This document shows positions 28,347 through 38,717 of a stretch of DNA of 64,000 nt, piece by piece. How positions within the stretch are numbered: the stretch's first letter is position 1; the number at the start of each line of letters is the position of its first letter. Both the position numbers and the translations under genes were made by a program. Under the pieces are notes generated by a model. That model ran no database searches, was not told the DNA's origin, and worked only from the letters and a program-made list of their open reading frames with translations. The stretch lies in assembly GCA_022563395.1 (NCBI GenBank), contig JADFNM010000001.1, positions 526,342 through 590,341 of the forward strand. The letters are read 5' to 3'. This stretch comes from Patescibacteria group bacterium. Its GTDB lineage: Bacteria > Patescibacteriota > Minisyncoccia > Minisyncoccales > UBA10102.

Positions 28347-31226
28347 ATGGAAGTGAATTTTCCCAAGCTGGAAGAGCAAATCCTCAAGCGCTGGAGACGA
28401 GAAAAAACCTTTGTAAAATCCGTGGCAAGGAGAAAAAACTCTCCTCGCTTTGTGTTTTACGAAGGTCCTCCCACCGCCAACGGGAAACCAGGTTTGCACC
28501 ATGTGGAGTCCCGGTCTTTTAAAGACGTTGTGCTCCGCTACAAAACCATGCGGGGATTTTTTGTTCCGAGGCGTGCTGGGTGGGATACCCATGGTCTTCC
28601 TGTGGAGCTGGAGGTGGAAAAACAACTGGGGCTAAAGTCCAAAAAAGACATTGAAAAGTACGGCATAGCAAAGTTTAACGAGGAGTGCAGAAAGTCGGTG
28701 TGGAAATACAAGAAAGAGTGGGAAGAGCTCACAAACAGGGCGGGAGTATGGCTGGATACGGATAATGCGTATATTACCTATGAAACCCCGTACATTGAAA
28801 CCCTGTGGCAGATAATCAAAACCTGGTGGCAAAAAGGTCTCTTGTACAAAGACTACAAGGTAGTGCCTTTTTGCACGAGGTGCGGCACTCCCTTGTCTTC
28901 CCATGAGCTGGCCCAGGGGTACAAAACCGTAAAAGACCTTTCTGTCTATGTGAAGTTCAGGGCAAAAGGAAAGAAGCTTCCGCAAAAGACCTTCTTTCTT
29001 GCTTGGACCACCACGCCCTGGACCTTGCCTGGTAACGTTGCCTTGGCAGTAGGCAGGAATATTTCCTATGTCTTGGTAAAAAAAGACAATGAGCATTATC
29101 TCATGGCTAAAGGTTTGGCAGAGAAAGTGCTTCTAAAGTATGACGTTGTCAAAACGTTTTCTGGCAAAGACCTTGTGGGAATGAAATATGAGCCCCTGTT
29201 TTCTTTTAAAAAGCCAGAACAAGGAAAAAAGGCATGGGAAGTTGTTGCAGCAGACTTTGTTTCTACTAAGGAGGGAACCGGCATTGTGCATACCGCAGTT
29301 GCCTACGGAGTAGAGGACTTTGAGCTGGGGAAAAAAGAAAATCTTGCCATGCTCCACCTTGTGGACGAGCAAGGGAAGTTTGTAAAGGAAGCCACTCCTT
29401 TTAAAGGAAAGTTTGTAAAGGATGCTGACCCCTTGATTATAGCCGACCTGAAAAAGCGAAACCTCTTGTTCAAAGAGGAGTGGTATGAGCACGAGTATCC
29501 TTTTTGTTGGAGATGCTCCACACCATTGCTGTATTATGCAAAGGAAACATGGTTTATAAACATGCAGAAGGTGAAAAAACAACTCTTGGCAAACAACAGG
29601 AAGATAAACTGGATTCCAGGACACTTAAAGGAAGGCAGGATGGGAGAATGGCTAAAGGAGGTGAAGGACTGGGCGTTTTCCCGAGAACGGTACTGGGGAA
29701 CTCCATTGCCCATTTGGGAGTGCACCATGTGCGAAGAAAAAGAGGTTATCGGCTCTGTAAAAGAACTGCTTTCAAAGAAGCTTTTGCAAAACCCCTACAA
29801 AGGAAAGAAAGATATTGACTTGCACCGGCCGTATGTAGATGAAGTGGAGTTTCCTTGCACAAACTGCAAGGGAATCATGAAGAGGGTAAAGGATGTGGTG
29901 GATGTTTGGTATGATTCTGGTGCCATGCCCTTTGCCCAAAACCACTGGATGGGAGAAAAGAAACCAAAAGAGTTTCCTGCAGACTATATTGTAGAAGCCA
30001 TAGACCAGACCAGGGGTTGGTTCTATACCCTGCTTGCAGTATCCACGCTTCTTGGTTTTGGTCCCCCGTTCAAGAATGTTATCTCTTTGGGTCATCTGTT
30101 GGACGCAAAGGGAGAAAAGATGTCTAAGTCCAAGGGTAACGTGGTGAATCCTTGGGATGTGGCAGACAAATACGGCATGGATGCGGTGCGCTGGTACTTC
30201 TTTTCTGTAAATCATCCCTGGGACCCGAAGCTTTTTTCCGAGCGAGACCTTCAACAGACCTTAAGAAAGTTTATCTTAACCCTGTGGAATTCCCTGGCGT
30301 TCTATGAAACGTATAATCCTAAACGAGATTTAGGAGTTCCTAAATCTCGTTTAAGCGAGAATGTGCTGGATCAATGGATCGTGTCTCGCTTAAACACAAC
30401 CACAGCAGACATGACAAGGAAGATGGACGAATACGATATTACAGGAGCTGCCCGCGCCTTGGAATCTTTTGTTATTGAAAATCTTTCTCTGTGGTACATT
30501 CGAAGATCGAGAAGCAGGTTTCAGAACCCCAAAAGCAAGAAGGAATTGCAGGATGCGGTTTCAACCCTTGGATATGTACTTTTTCAGACAAGCTTGCTTT
30601 CTGCCCCGTTTATTCCTTTTTTGAGCGAGGTTGTGTTTGAGAAAAGCAATGGAAAAGGGAGCGTACACTTGCAGGATTGGCCCTTCGACCCAGCTCAGGA
30701 TAAACCAAAAGCCCCAAAACAAGATAAAAAATTAGAACAGGAGATGGAGAAAGTACGGCACATTGCAAGCAAAGGGCTGGCCTTGAGGGCAAAGGCGGGT
30801 CTTCGGGTGCGCCAACCCTTGGCAAAACTCACCATAAAAGAAAAACTTCAAAAAGAATTGCTGCTTTTGCTTCAAGATGAGTTAAACGTAAAAGAAGTGG
30901 TGGTGAGCTCAAAGCTTAAAGGGGATGTGCAGTTGGACACCAAACTTACGCCTCAATTAAGAGAAGAGGGGCTGGTGCGGGAGTTGTTGCGCCATATTCA
31001 GGGCATGAGAAAAGATGCAGGGTATAAGCCGCGCCATCGCGTTCGGTTGCGCTATGCCGGGACAGCCGACGTCAAAAATCTGTTTTCTCGCCACAAAGAA
31101 ACCCTTGTAAAGATTGGAGGCATCACAGAACTTTTGGAAGGAGACCGCCCCAAACAGGTGTTTGATATTGAGAAAACAATAAAGATTGGAGGAAAGAAGC
31201 TGTGGCTCGGCATCCGCAAGATTTGA
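28347..31226 (+). CDS. ileS: Isoleucine--tRNA ligase (type 2)
   Basis: EGPPTANG.PGLHH, GWDTHGLPVE, WTTTPWTLP, RERYWG, DQTRGWFY, KMSKS. Confidence 0.97.
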   Translation: MEVNFPKLEEQILKRWRREKTFVKSVARRKNSPRFVFYEGPPTANGKPGLHHVESRSFKDVVLRYKTMRGFFVPRRAGWDTHGLPVELEVEKQLGLKSKKDIEKYGIAKFNEECRKSVWKYKKEWEELTNRAGVWLDTDNAYITYETPYIETLWQIIKTWWQKGLLYKDYKVVPFCTRCGTPLSSHELAQGYKTVKDLSVYVKFRAKGKKLPQKTFFLAWTTTPWTLPGNVALAVGRNISYVLVKKDNEHYLMAKGLAEKVLLKYDVVKTFSGKDLVGMKYEPLFSFKKPEQGKKAWEVVAADFVSTKEGTGIVHTAVAYGVEDFELGKKENLAMLHLVDEQGKFVKEATPFKGKFVKDADPLIIADLKKRNLLFKEEWYEHEYPFCWRCSTPLLYYAKETWFINMQKVKKQLLANNRKINWIPGHLKEGRMGEWLKEVKDWAFSRERYWGTPLPIWECTMCEEKEVIGSVKELLSKKLLQNPYKGKKDIDLHRPYVDEVEFPCTNCKGIMKRVKDVVDVWYDSGAMPFAQNHWMGEKKPKEFPADYIVEAIDQTRGWFYTLLAVSTLLGFGPPFKNVISLGHLLDAKGEKMSKSKGNVVNPWDVADKYGMDAVRWYFFSVNHPWDPKLFSERDLQQTLRKFILTLWNSLAFYETYNPKRDLGVPKSRLSENVLDQWIVSRLNTTTADMTRKMDEYDITGAARALESFVIENLSLWYIRRSRSRFQNPKSKKELQDAVSTLGYVLFQTSLLSAPFIPFLSEVVFEKSNGKGSVHLQDWPFDPAQDKPKAPKQDKKLEQEMEKVRHIASKGLALRAKAGLRVRQPLAKLTIKEKLQKELLLLLQDELNVKEVVVSSKLKGDVQLDTKLTPQLREEGLVRELLRHIQGMRKDAGYKPRHRVRLRYAGTADVKNLFSRHKETLVKIGGITELLEGDRPKQVFDIEKTIKIGGKKLWLGIRKI
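30318..30355. repeat. Family A, in-frame in ileS
   Basis: CCTAAACGAGATTTAGG agtt CCTAAATCTCGTTTAAG = PKRDLGVPKSRL. Confidence 0.9.
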
Positions 31227-31346
31227 CTTTTTAGGCAACTTGTGCTGTATATATTCTTGGATGCAGCAAATCTATAACATAGCTGCGCGAGCACCTAGCA
31301 AGGGCCCGCTGAAAGGCGACGCCCCAAAAGAAAGGGAGGACTTGCA

Positions 31347-31985
31347 ATGGAAATAGCAACCCTCGATCAGGCAACGAAGATACTAGCCCACTTTAAGGAT
31401 GAGCCAAGGGACCAAGTTCAGGCACTTATTGAGTCTGGACTTCTAGCTGACCTTCGGGATGCCAATTTCAACGAGGAGATTGACCGAGACGCAGTTCGGA
31501 AGCTTCTTGGCCTTAAGCCACTCAACCAGCCGTTTCTGGAGGAGGGCGGCACGGCCATGATTCCGGCGACTACTGAGCAGTTTGTGGTCCGAGAGAAGTT
31601 TGTGAGGGGCAATACCTTGTTTCTTGGCATGAATTTCGAGGGGTGGTTTGAAGGCAAGACCGAGGAAGCAGTCATGGAGACAGAGCTTCGCTACGCGACG
31701 CTTACAGGATCTTTGGTGGGCAGGCCAATTCTCGCCGAACTCGGCGACAAGGCCGAAACCACACTTGCCCAGATTTGGGCTCTCATGGAGCGCCAGCCCA
31801 ACGGCGAGGAAGGCGTTTTGCTCACCGGCGGGTGGGAGAATGTCTTCTATGTCCGTGATGTCAACGGCGAGCTCCGTGTGGTGTACGTCAGCCGGGGCGG
31901 TAGCAGCTGGCTCGTGGATGCTGACTTGGCCACGCGCATGCGTAGTTTGAGCGTTGGCTATCGGGTGTTCTCCCGCAATTCCTAG
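31347..31985 (+). CDS. Hypothetical protein, possible DGR variable-protein family
   Basis: SD GGAGG, higher GC, C-terminus NVFYVRD...GYRVFSRNS. Confidence 0.7.
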   Translation: MEIATLDQATKILAHFKDEPRDQVQALIESGLLADLRDANFNEEIDRDAVRKLLGLKPLNQPFLEEGGTAMIPATTEQFVVREKFVRGNTLFLGMNFEGWFEGKTEEAVMETELRYATLTGSLVGRPILAELGDKAETTLAQIWALMERQPNGEEGVLLTGGWENVFYVRDVNGELRVVYVSRGGSSWLVDADLATRMRSLSVGYRVFSRNS

Positions 31986-32006
31986 AGCTTTGTCTCTTGG
32001 AACCTT

Positions 32007-32047
32007 TGCCCTCGGCTTGCGATTGTGCGAGCTGAGGGCATTTCTTT
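32007..32047 (+). terminator. Hairpin/intrinsic terminator
   Basis: 15-bp stem TGCCCTCGGCTTGCG/TGCGAGCTGAGGGCA then TTTCTTT. Confidence 0.7.
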
Positions 32048-32164
32048 ATCTCATGGAAATACGAACAAATTAAGGCAAGAAATCGCAAAAATACTGCTGC
32101 TCTGCCAAGATGACAAAGAGGGGACTGTAAGATATAATGGGGAACGTTAAGCGAATTTGAGCCA

Positions 32165-32626
32165 ATGGCATTTCATTACAAAACCCAAGGCATTATACTA
32201 AAGAAGCAAGATCAAGGTGAGGCAAACCGAATCTTTAAGGTGTTTTGCAAAGAGTACGGCAAACTTACGATGTTTGCGGTATCAGAGCGAAAGATCACCT
32301 CAAAGCTAAGAGGCGGATTGGAGCTCTTTTCTCTTTCGTACTTAGAGTTTGTGCAAGGGAAACAAAAAAAGGTACTGGTGGAAGCAATTTCACTCAGACA
32401 GTATCTCGCTTCCCCTCAGGATCTTTCTTACTTGCGCTCGGCCTTGCAAATTGCAAAACTTGTTGATCAACATATGGCAGAACAAGAAAGAGACGAGAAG
32501 GTGTGGGATTTGCTTCTCCAATCTTTTTCTGAACTTAAAGAGGGCACTGCTCCAGAAAAGGCATACCAGTCATTTGTGCCCCGGTTCATGACCTTGGCAG
32601 GATATGGAAAAGAAGTTGTTGTATGA
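32165..32626 (+). CDS. recO: DNA repair protein RecO (short)
   Basis: TQGIILKK...GEANR, YGK, SKLRGGLELF, terminal GY. Confidence 0.88.
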   Translation: MAFHYKTQGIILKKQDQGEANRIFKVFCKEYGKLTMFAVSERKITSKLRGGLELFSLSYLEFVQGKQKKVLVEAISLRQYLASPQDLSYLRSALQIAKLVDQHMAEQERDEKVWDLLLQSFSELKEGTAPEKAYQSFVPRFMTLAGYGKEVVV

Positions 32627-34287
32627 GAATCTCTCGATTTCAATTAATTATTATCTTTATCGCAGTTCTCGTGGGAATAGCCGGGTTTTGGCTGTGGCAG
32701 AAAAATAGCTACTCAAAGGAAATCTTAAAACTGGAGATTATAGCTCCTTCTGAAGCAACAATGGGAGAGGAGATTACCTATGTTGTGAAATACAAAAACA
32801 ACGGAAATGTGCGTTTGCAAAACCCCGTCTTAATCTTTGAGTATCCAGCGGGAGCTGTGCCGACAACAGACCAAAACACCAGAATCACTCAGTCCTTAGA
32901 TGATATCTATCCGGGGCAGGAGAGAAACTCCTCTTTTTCCTCTAGGCTTTTTGGCAAGGAGGGAGAGATAAAAGAGGCAAAGGTACTGCTGCAATACACC
33001 CCAAGAAATCTCAATGCCCAGTTTGAGTCCGAAACCACTGCAACCACGCTCATTTCCCACGTTCCCTTGACCTTTGAGCTGGACCTGCCTTCTCGCATGG
33101 AAGCCGGCCAGGAGTTTTCTTTTGCCTTAAACTACTTTTCCAACTCAGAATATCCCTTATCTGACCTTAGAATTACCATAGAGTATCCAGAAGGGTTTTT
33201 CTTTACTAAAGCTACTCCTTCTCCCATTGGTGAGTCGGAATGGAACGTTGGTCTTTTAAACAAGGCAGAAGGGGGCCGCATTTCTATTACAGGCTCTTTG
33301 GAAGGAGAGGTTCAGGAAGCCAAGATTTTCAAGGCGACCCTGGGAACCTGGAAGGAAGGTAAGTTTACCCTGCTCCGTGAAGCAATCAAAGGAATTGAGA
33401 TTACAAGGACCCGTATCTTAATCTCCCAAGAGGTCAATGGCGTTGCAGATTATGTTGCCTCACCCAAAGATACCCTTCACTACGTTATCTCTTTTAAAAA
33501 TGTTTCAGAAAAGACCTTGGAAAACCTGTTTTTGGTGGTTTCTCTGGAAGGGCGCCCCTTTGATTTAACAAGTATAAAATCAGATTTTGGGACCTTCCAG
33601 CTAGGAGACAATTCCATCATCTTTGAATCAAAGAAGGTTTCAAGACTGCGGTTTCTTGGGAAGGGTGAGGAAGGAAAGGTAGAGTTTTGGGTGAATGTAA
33701 AAGAAGAATGGGAAACCTTTAGTTCCCAAGACAAGAGTTTTGTTGCACGAAACCGCATTATTCTTTCTGACGTTACCGAAGAGTTTGAGCTCAAGGTGAA
33801 CTCAAAGCTAGAAATTGGCCAGGCAGCCTATTTTCAAGACGAGGTGTTTGGCAATCAAGGCCCCTTGCCCCCGCAGGTTGGAGTACCCACAACGTACACC
33901 GTAGTATGGCAGGTAAAGAACCTGTACAATGACGTTCAAAACGCAAAGGTGAGAGCGGTTCTTCCTCTGGGAATAAGTTTAACTGGAAGTGTGTTCAAAG
34001 AAGGAGAATCCCTAACCTTTGACCAGGTATCCCGGGAGGTGGTATGGGAAGTGGGAGATCTTTCAGCTGGTACAGGACCCTTTGAAACTGCCCCTTCAGT
34101 GGCTTTTCAGATACGCTTGACCCCTTCAGAATCCCAACAAGGAAATGTTGTCCAGTTAATTGGTGAAGCAAACATACAGGCAGACGACCTGTTTACCGAG
34201 CAATCTTTGTCTGCCGCCGACTCTCCTATTAATACCACGCTCCCAGACGACGATTCCGTTACAGCTCAAATGGGAGTGATACAATAA
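32623..34287 (+). CDS. Membrane-anchored Ig-like/DUF11-like repeat protein
   Basis: N-terminal TM; repeated GE.I.Y.V.Y.N beta-sandwich patterns. Confidence 0.7.
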   Translation: MRISRFQLIIIFIAVLVGIAGFWLWQKNSYSKEILKLEIIAPSEATMGEEITYVVKYKNNGNVRLQNPVLIFEYPAGAVPTTDQNTRITQSLDDIYPGQERNSSFSSRLFGKEGEIKEAKVLLQYTPRNLNAQFESETTATTLISHVPLTFELDLPSRMEAGQEFSFALNYFSNSEYPLSDLRITIEYPEGFFFTKATPSPIGESEWNVGLLNKAEGGRISITGSLEGEVQEAKIFKATLGTWKEGKFTLLREAIKGIEITRTRILISQEVNGVADYVASPKDTLHYVISFKNVSEKTLENLFLVVSLEGRPFDLTSIKSDFGTFQLGDNSIIFESKKVSRLRFLGKGEEGKVEFWVNVKEEWETFSSQDKSFVARNRIILSDVTEEFELKVNSKLEIGQAAYFQDEVFGNQGPLPPQVGVPTTYTVVWQVKNLYNDVQNAKVRAVLPLGISLTGSVFKEGESLTFDQVSREVVWEVGDLSAGTGPFETAPSVAFQIRLTPSESQQGNVVQLIGEANIQADDLFTEQSLSAADSPINTTLPDDDSVTAQMGVIQ

Positions 34288-34290
34288 TCT

Positions 34291-35628
34291 ATGGATGATC
34301 TTATGCAAAAAGTCATATCTTTGGCAAAGCGCAGGGGCTTTGTGTTTCCTTCTTCTGAAATCTATGGAGGCGTGGAAGCTTTGTATGACTACGGCCCCCT
34401 GGGTTCTTTGTTTAAAAACAACATCAAGCGAGAGTGGCTCAAGAGATTCGTGCAGCAAAGAGAAGAAGTAGCCCTGATTGATGCCTCCATTTTAATGAGC
34501 CCCAAGGTGTGGGAAGCCTCAGGACACTTGGAAAACTTTACCGACCCTTTAGTTGAATGCAAAAAGTGCAATACCAGACTCAGAGAAGATTACATACAAG
34601 ATGGCAAGTGTCCCAGTTGCGGAGGCAAAGATTTTACACAGCCCAAAAACTTCAACCTCATGTTCAAGACCTTTTTGGGTCCGGTTGAGGATGAAAAGAA
34701 CGCAACTTATCTTCGTCCTGAAACCGCCCAAGCCATGTTTACCAACTTTCGTCTGGTACAAGAATCCCAGCGTCTGCAGGTTCCCTTTGGGATAGCTCAA
34801 GTTGGCAAAGCATTTCGAAATGAGATTACCACGGGAAATTATCTGTTTCGCTTAAGGGAGCTGGAACAAATGGAGATTGAGTACTTTGTAAAGCCCGGTG
34901 AAGACGAGAAGTGGTTTGACTATTGGGCAAAACAGTGGTGGCAGTTCTTTTTGGACATGGGGCTCAAAGAAAGGAATATGCGGTTGTACGAGCACCCAAA
35001 AGAATCTTTGTCCCACTACTCAAAGCGAACCGTGGACATTGAGTACAAGTTTCCTTTTGGATGGGGAGAGCTGGCAGGTATTGCCAATAGAACCGACTTT
35101 GATTTAAAACAGCACGCTGAACATTCCGGCCAAGACTTAAGGTATACAGATCCTGAAACCAAAGAAAAATATTATCCTTTTGTAATAGAACCCACCATGG
35201 GTGTGGATAGGCTGTTTTTGGCTTTGTTGCTTGAAGGTTATGAAGAGGTAAAAGGGGCAAGGACCAAAACTACAGAGGCTACAAAGGAGGTGGAGACGGT
35301 TTTGAAACTAAAACCCTCCTTAGCTCCTGTGCAGGTTGCAGTATTCCCCTTGGTGAAAAACAAAGAAGAGCTGATAAAGAAAGCGCGAGAGGTCTTTGAC
35401 TCGCTCAAGATGCACTTTTCCTGCCAGTACGATGAAGCTGGAGCTATTGGAAGAAGATACCGGCGCCAAGATGAGATTGGTACGCCCTTTTGTGTGACTG
35501 TTGATTTTGATACCGCCAAAGAAAACTCAGTTACTTTGCGCGACCGAGATACCATGGAGCAAGAGCGAGTTTCTTTGGATTCTCTTGCAATAACTATTAG
35601 GAAGCAGTTGGATGATAAAGACAACTAA
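34291..35628 (+). CDS. glyQS: Glycine--tRNA ligase (homodimeric)
   Basis: KRRGF, DYGPLG, YLRPETAQ, FRNEI, IGRRYRRQDEIGTP. Confidence 0.97.
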   Translation: MDDLMQKVISLAKRRGFVFPSSEIYGGVEALYDYGPLGSLFKNNIKREWLKRFVQQREEVALIDASILMSPKVWEASGHLENFTDPLVECKKCNTRLREDYIQDGKCPSCGGKDFTQPKNFNLMFKTFLGPVEDEKNATYLRPETAQAMFTNFRLVQESQRLQVPFGIAQVGKAFRNEITTGNYLFRLRELEQMEIEYFVKPGEDEKWFDYWAKQWWQFFLDMGLKERNMRLYEHPKESLSHYSKRTVDIEYKFPFGWGELAGIANRTDFDLKQHAEHSGQDLRYTDPETKEKYYPFVIEPTMGVDRLFLALLLEGYEEVKGARTKTTEATKEVETVLKLKPSLAPVQVAVFPLVKNKEELIKKAREVFDSLKMHFSCQYDEAGAIGRRYRRQDEIGTPFCVTVDFDTAKENSVTLRDRDTMEQERVSLDSLAITIRKQLDDKDN

Positions 35629-36874
35629 ACTCAAAAGTGGACTTAGGGTCCTTACCATTCCCCAGCAGAATACCAGGACCGTGACGGTGTTGGTATTGGT
35701 GGGAACCGGTTCCAAATACGAGGAAAAGAGGGTGAACGGCGTGTCTCACTTTTTGGAGCATATGTTTTTCAAGGGGACAAAGAAGCGCCCCACCCCCTTG
35801 AAAATTGCAGGCCCCATTGAGAATGTTGGAGGAGCCCTTAACGCTTTCACATCCCAAGACCTTACCGGGTACTATATTAAAGTTGATGCCTCGCACCTTA
35901 AGTTGGCATTGGATATGGTGGCAGACATATTCTTAAACTCTTTGCTTGCCCAAAAAGAAATTACAAAAGAGAAAGGGGTGGTGATAGAAGAAATCAACAT
36001 GAGGAAAGACATCCCCATGATTCATGTGGCAGACCTGCTGGAGCAGTTCTTGTACGGAGACCAGCCAGCTGGCTGGGATACGGCCGGAACAAAAGAAACG
36101 GTTCAAGGTCTTTCTCAAGCTGACCTCCTCTCCTACATGCAAAGCCAGTATGTTGCATCAAACACGGTGGTGTGCGTGGCAGGAAACATAAAAGAAGAGA
36201 AGGTAAAGGAAAGAGTGGGAAAGCTCTTTTCTTCTATCTCCTTAAAGAACTTCAAAGATAAGGTTGCGGTACATGAGTCACAAGAGAAGCCCAAAGTGCT
36301 CTTGGAACATCGAGCAACCGACCAGACTCACCTTGCGTTTGCAGCACGCGGTTTTAACCTTTCCCATAAAGACAGGTTCGTGCAGGAGATTATTGCCGCA
36401 ATCTTAGGGGGAGGAATGAGTTCCCGCTTGTTCACTGAGGTCAGGGAGAAGCTTGGCCTTGCCTACTACATTTCAACTTCTAGCGAGTCAAACCCGGACA
36501 CCGGCTTTCTTGCAACCTTTGCTGGGGTTAAAAACGAGAACGCACAAAAGGTTGTGGGGATCATTGCCAAAGAATACAAGAAGCTGGCAGTCACCAAGAT
36601 TACCTCCACACAACTGCGCAACGCAAAAGACCGCATCAAGGGAAGAATGGCGTTGTCTTTGGAATCTTCAGATGCCAAGGCCGAGTTTTACGGCATGCAG
36701 GAGATTTTAGAGCACCGATTTTTCACCCCAGAGCAACTTTATGATAAAATAGAGAAGGTGAAGGTTTCAGACATTCAGAGGGTGGCAAAAAATATGTTCA
36801 CGCCCAAAAATCTCAACCTTGTAATACTGGGACCTTTTACACATAAGCAGAGATTTCAAAAGTTTCTCTCATGA
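35612..36874 (+). CDS. M16 family zinc peptidase
   Basis: GVSHFLEHMFFKG, NAFT, GGGMSSRLF.EVREK.GLAY. Confidence 0.94.
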   Translation: MIKTTKLKSGLRVLTIPQQNTRTVTVLVLVGTGSKYEEKRVNGVSHFLEHMFFKGTKKRPTPLKIAGPIENVGGALNAFTSQDLTGYYIKVDASHLKLALDMVADIFLNSLLAQKEITKEKGVVIEEINMRKDIPMIHVADLLEQFLYGDQPAGWDTAGTKETVQGLSQADLLSYMQSQYVASNTVVCVAGNIKEEKVKERVGKLFSSISLKNFKDKVAVHESQEKPKVLLEHRATDQTHLAFAARGFNLSHKDRFVQEIIAAILGGGMSSRLFTEVREKLGLAYYISTSSESNPDTGFLATFAGVKNENAQKVVGIIAKEYKKLAVTKITSTQLRNAKDRIKGRMALSLESSDAKAEFYGMQEILEHRFFTPEQLYDKIEKVKVSDIQRVAKNMFTPKNLNLVILGPFTHKQRFQKFLS

Positions 36875-36914
36875 TCCTTTGACAGACTCAGGGTCATGGT
36901 GAACAAGTTGAACC

Positions 36915-37946
36915 ATGAACAATCAAGGAAAAATGTTGGATATTTCCTGGGGCACCATTTTAAAGCTTGCGGTGGCAGGTCTTGTGGTCTATGTTTTGTT
37001 CTTGGTTAAGGATATTTTGGTATGGGTCCTGTTTGGCTTGATTATCTCTATTCTCTTTGACCCTGCCATTGATTTTCTGCAGCGAAGACGAGTCCCCAGA
37101 GTGCTGGGAACTATTGGAGTGTACTCGGTTATTTTTGGCATTTTGGCCTTTATCATCTGGAGCATAGCACCCTTCTTTGTAAGCGAGATTCAGAGATTCT
37201 CCCAGCTTTTCCCTCAGTACTTTGAGACGTTTTCTCCTGTTCTGCGAGGCCTTGGCATTGCGGCTTTTAGCGACGTTCAGACCTTCTTTGATGCCTTGAG
37301 CTTGGGGGTGGAAAAGCTTGCAGGCAACATCTTTTCCGCCTTATTTGTGGTGTTTGGTGGAATCTTCTCTACCATATTCGTTCTTTCTATTGCCATTTTC
37401 CTTTCCATTGAAGAAAAATCCATTGAAAAGACCATAGGGCTTTTGTTCCCTAAAAAGTACGAGGCGTTCGCTTTAGATTTGTGGGCACGCTCTCAACGCA
37501 AGGTTTCAGGCTGGTTCGCCGCAAGGCTCATTACCTCCATTTTTGTTGGTGTTGCAACCTACCTTACCTTGTTTTTGTTCAATGTGCAGTACCCCTTCTC
37601 TTTGGGACTTTTGGCAACCATCTTAAACTTTGTTCCCATTATTGGCCCCTTGGTGACAGGCCTCCTGCTGTTTATCATTGTTGCCCTGGATTCTACCTTA
37701 AAGGCAGTCTTTATCCTCCTTGCCTTTACCTTAATCCAGCAGATTGAGGGGAACATCTTAACTCCCTTGCTCACCAAGAGATTTTTGGGCATTCCCCCCG
37801 CCCTGGTGTTAATAGCTCTGGCCGTGGGGCTGCAACTTTGGGGGATTATGGGAGCCATTTTGGCAATCCCCTTGGCCGGAATCCTCTTTGAGTTCCTGCG
37901 GGATTTCTTAAAGAAGCGTAAGGAAGAAAACAATACCATTGTTTAA
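36915..37946 (+). CDS. AI-2E family transporter
   Basis: P..GP, IQQIEGN.L.P, G..GA.LAIP. Confidence 0.9.
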   Translation: MNNQGKMLDISWGTILKLAVAGLVVYVLFLVKDILVWVLFGLIISILFDPAIDFLQRRRVPRVLGTIGVYSVIFGILAFIIWSIAPFFVSEIQRFSQLFPQYFETFSPVLRGLGIAAFSDVQTFFDALSLGVEKLAGNIFSALFVVFGGIFSTIFVLSIAIFLSIEEKSIEKTIGLLFPKKYEAFALDLWARSQRKVSGWFAARLITSIFVGVATYLTLFLFNVQYPFSLGLLATILNFVPIIGPLVTGLLLFIIVALDSTLKAVFILLAFTLIQQIEGNILTPLLTKRFLGIPPALVLIALAVGLQLWGIMGAILAIPLAGILFEFLRDFLKKRKEENNTIV

Positions 37947-37977
37947 TTGTTGATATTGCCTAAACGTGTTGATATTG

Positions 37978-38019
37978 CCTAAACGAGATTTAAGCATGAG
38001 TGCTTAAATCTCGTTTAGG
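37978..38019. repeat. Family A, intergenic
   Basis: CCTAAACGAGATTTAAG catgagtg CTTAAATCTCGTTTAGG. Confidence 0.88.
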
Positions 38020-38036
38020 AGAACTTCGGTAGAACT

Positions 38037-38717
38037 ATGGGGACTCTGTATATTGTTGCGACCCCGATTGGGAATTTGGGGGATATAACTTTGAGAGCGC
38101 TTGAAACCTTAAAAGAGGTTGATTTTGTCTTGGCAGAAGACACCAGGGTGACAAAGAAACTCTTATCCCATTACACTATCCAGACACCGTTAATGAGTTA
38201 TCACCAGCACAGCAAAGAAAGTGTGACGGAGAAAGTGTTTCAACTTCTTTTGGAAGGAAAGAATCTTGCCCTGGTCACGGATGCTGGCACTCCAGGAATT
38301 TCTGACCCAGGAAATGAGCTTGTTTCTTTTCTCGTAAAAAAGAATCCTGAGATATCTGTTGTGCCCATTCCAGGCCCCTCGGCCCTCACTACTTTAGCGA
38401 GCATTGCAGGTATTCCAATGGATAAGTTCTTGTTCTTGGGATACCCGCCCCACAAGAAGGGAAGAAAGAAGTTTTTTCAAGAAGTTGTTTCCAGTAAACA
38501 TCCCGTATTATTCTATGAATCCCCCCACCGTATTATCAAAAGCTTACAGGAATTGGAAACACTGGATAGTAACCTTTCTCTTGTTGTGGGACGAGAGCTT
38601 ACCAAGAAATTTGAGACCATATATCGGGGGGCTCTTGACGAAGTTCTGAAAATGTTAGAGAAAGGGAATACAAAAGGTGAGTTTGTAGTACTCGTGAATC
38701 CAAGCAAAGTTCCTTGA
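38037..38717 (+). CDS. rsmI: 16S rRNA C1402 2'-O-methyltransferase
   Basis: VATPIGNL.DIT.RA, AEDTR, DAGTPGISDPG, YESPHR, RELTKKFE. Confidence 0.97.
   Translation: MGTLYIVATPIGNLGDITLRALETLKEVDFVLAEDTRVTKKLLSHYTIQTPLMSYHQHSKESVTEKVFQLLLEGKNLALVTDAGTPGISDPGNELVSFLVKKNPEISVVPIPGPSALTTLASIAGIPMDKFLFLGYPPHKKGRKKFFQEVVSSKHPVLFYESPHRIIKSLQELETLDSNLSLVVGRELTKKFETIYRGALDEVLKMLEKGNTKGEFVVLVNPSKVP

Noticed and set aside
31262..31340. c-di-GMP-I riboswitch-like CGCT-GAAA-GGCG-ACGC
   Set aside because: It lacks GGCAAAC and a P2 receptor; only small hairpins are supported.
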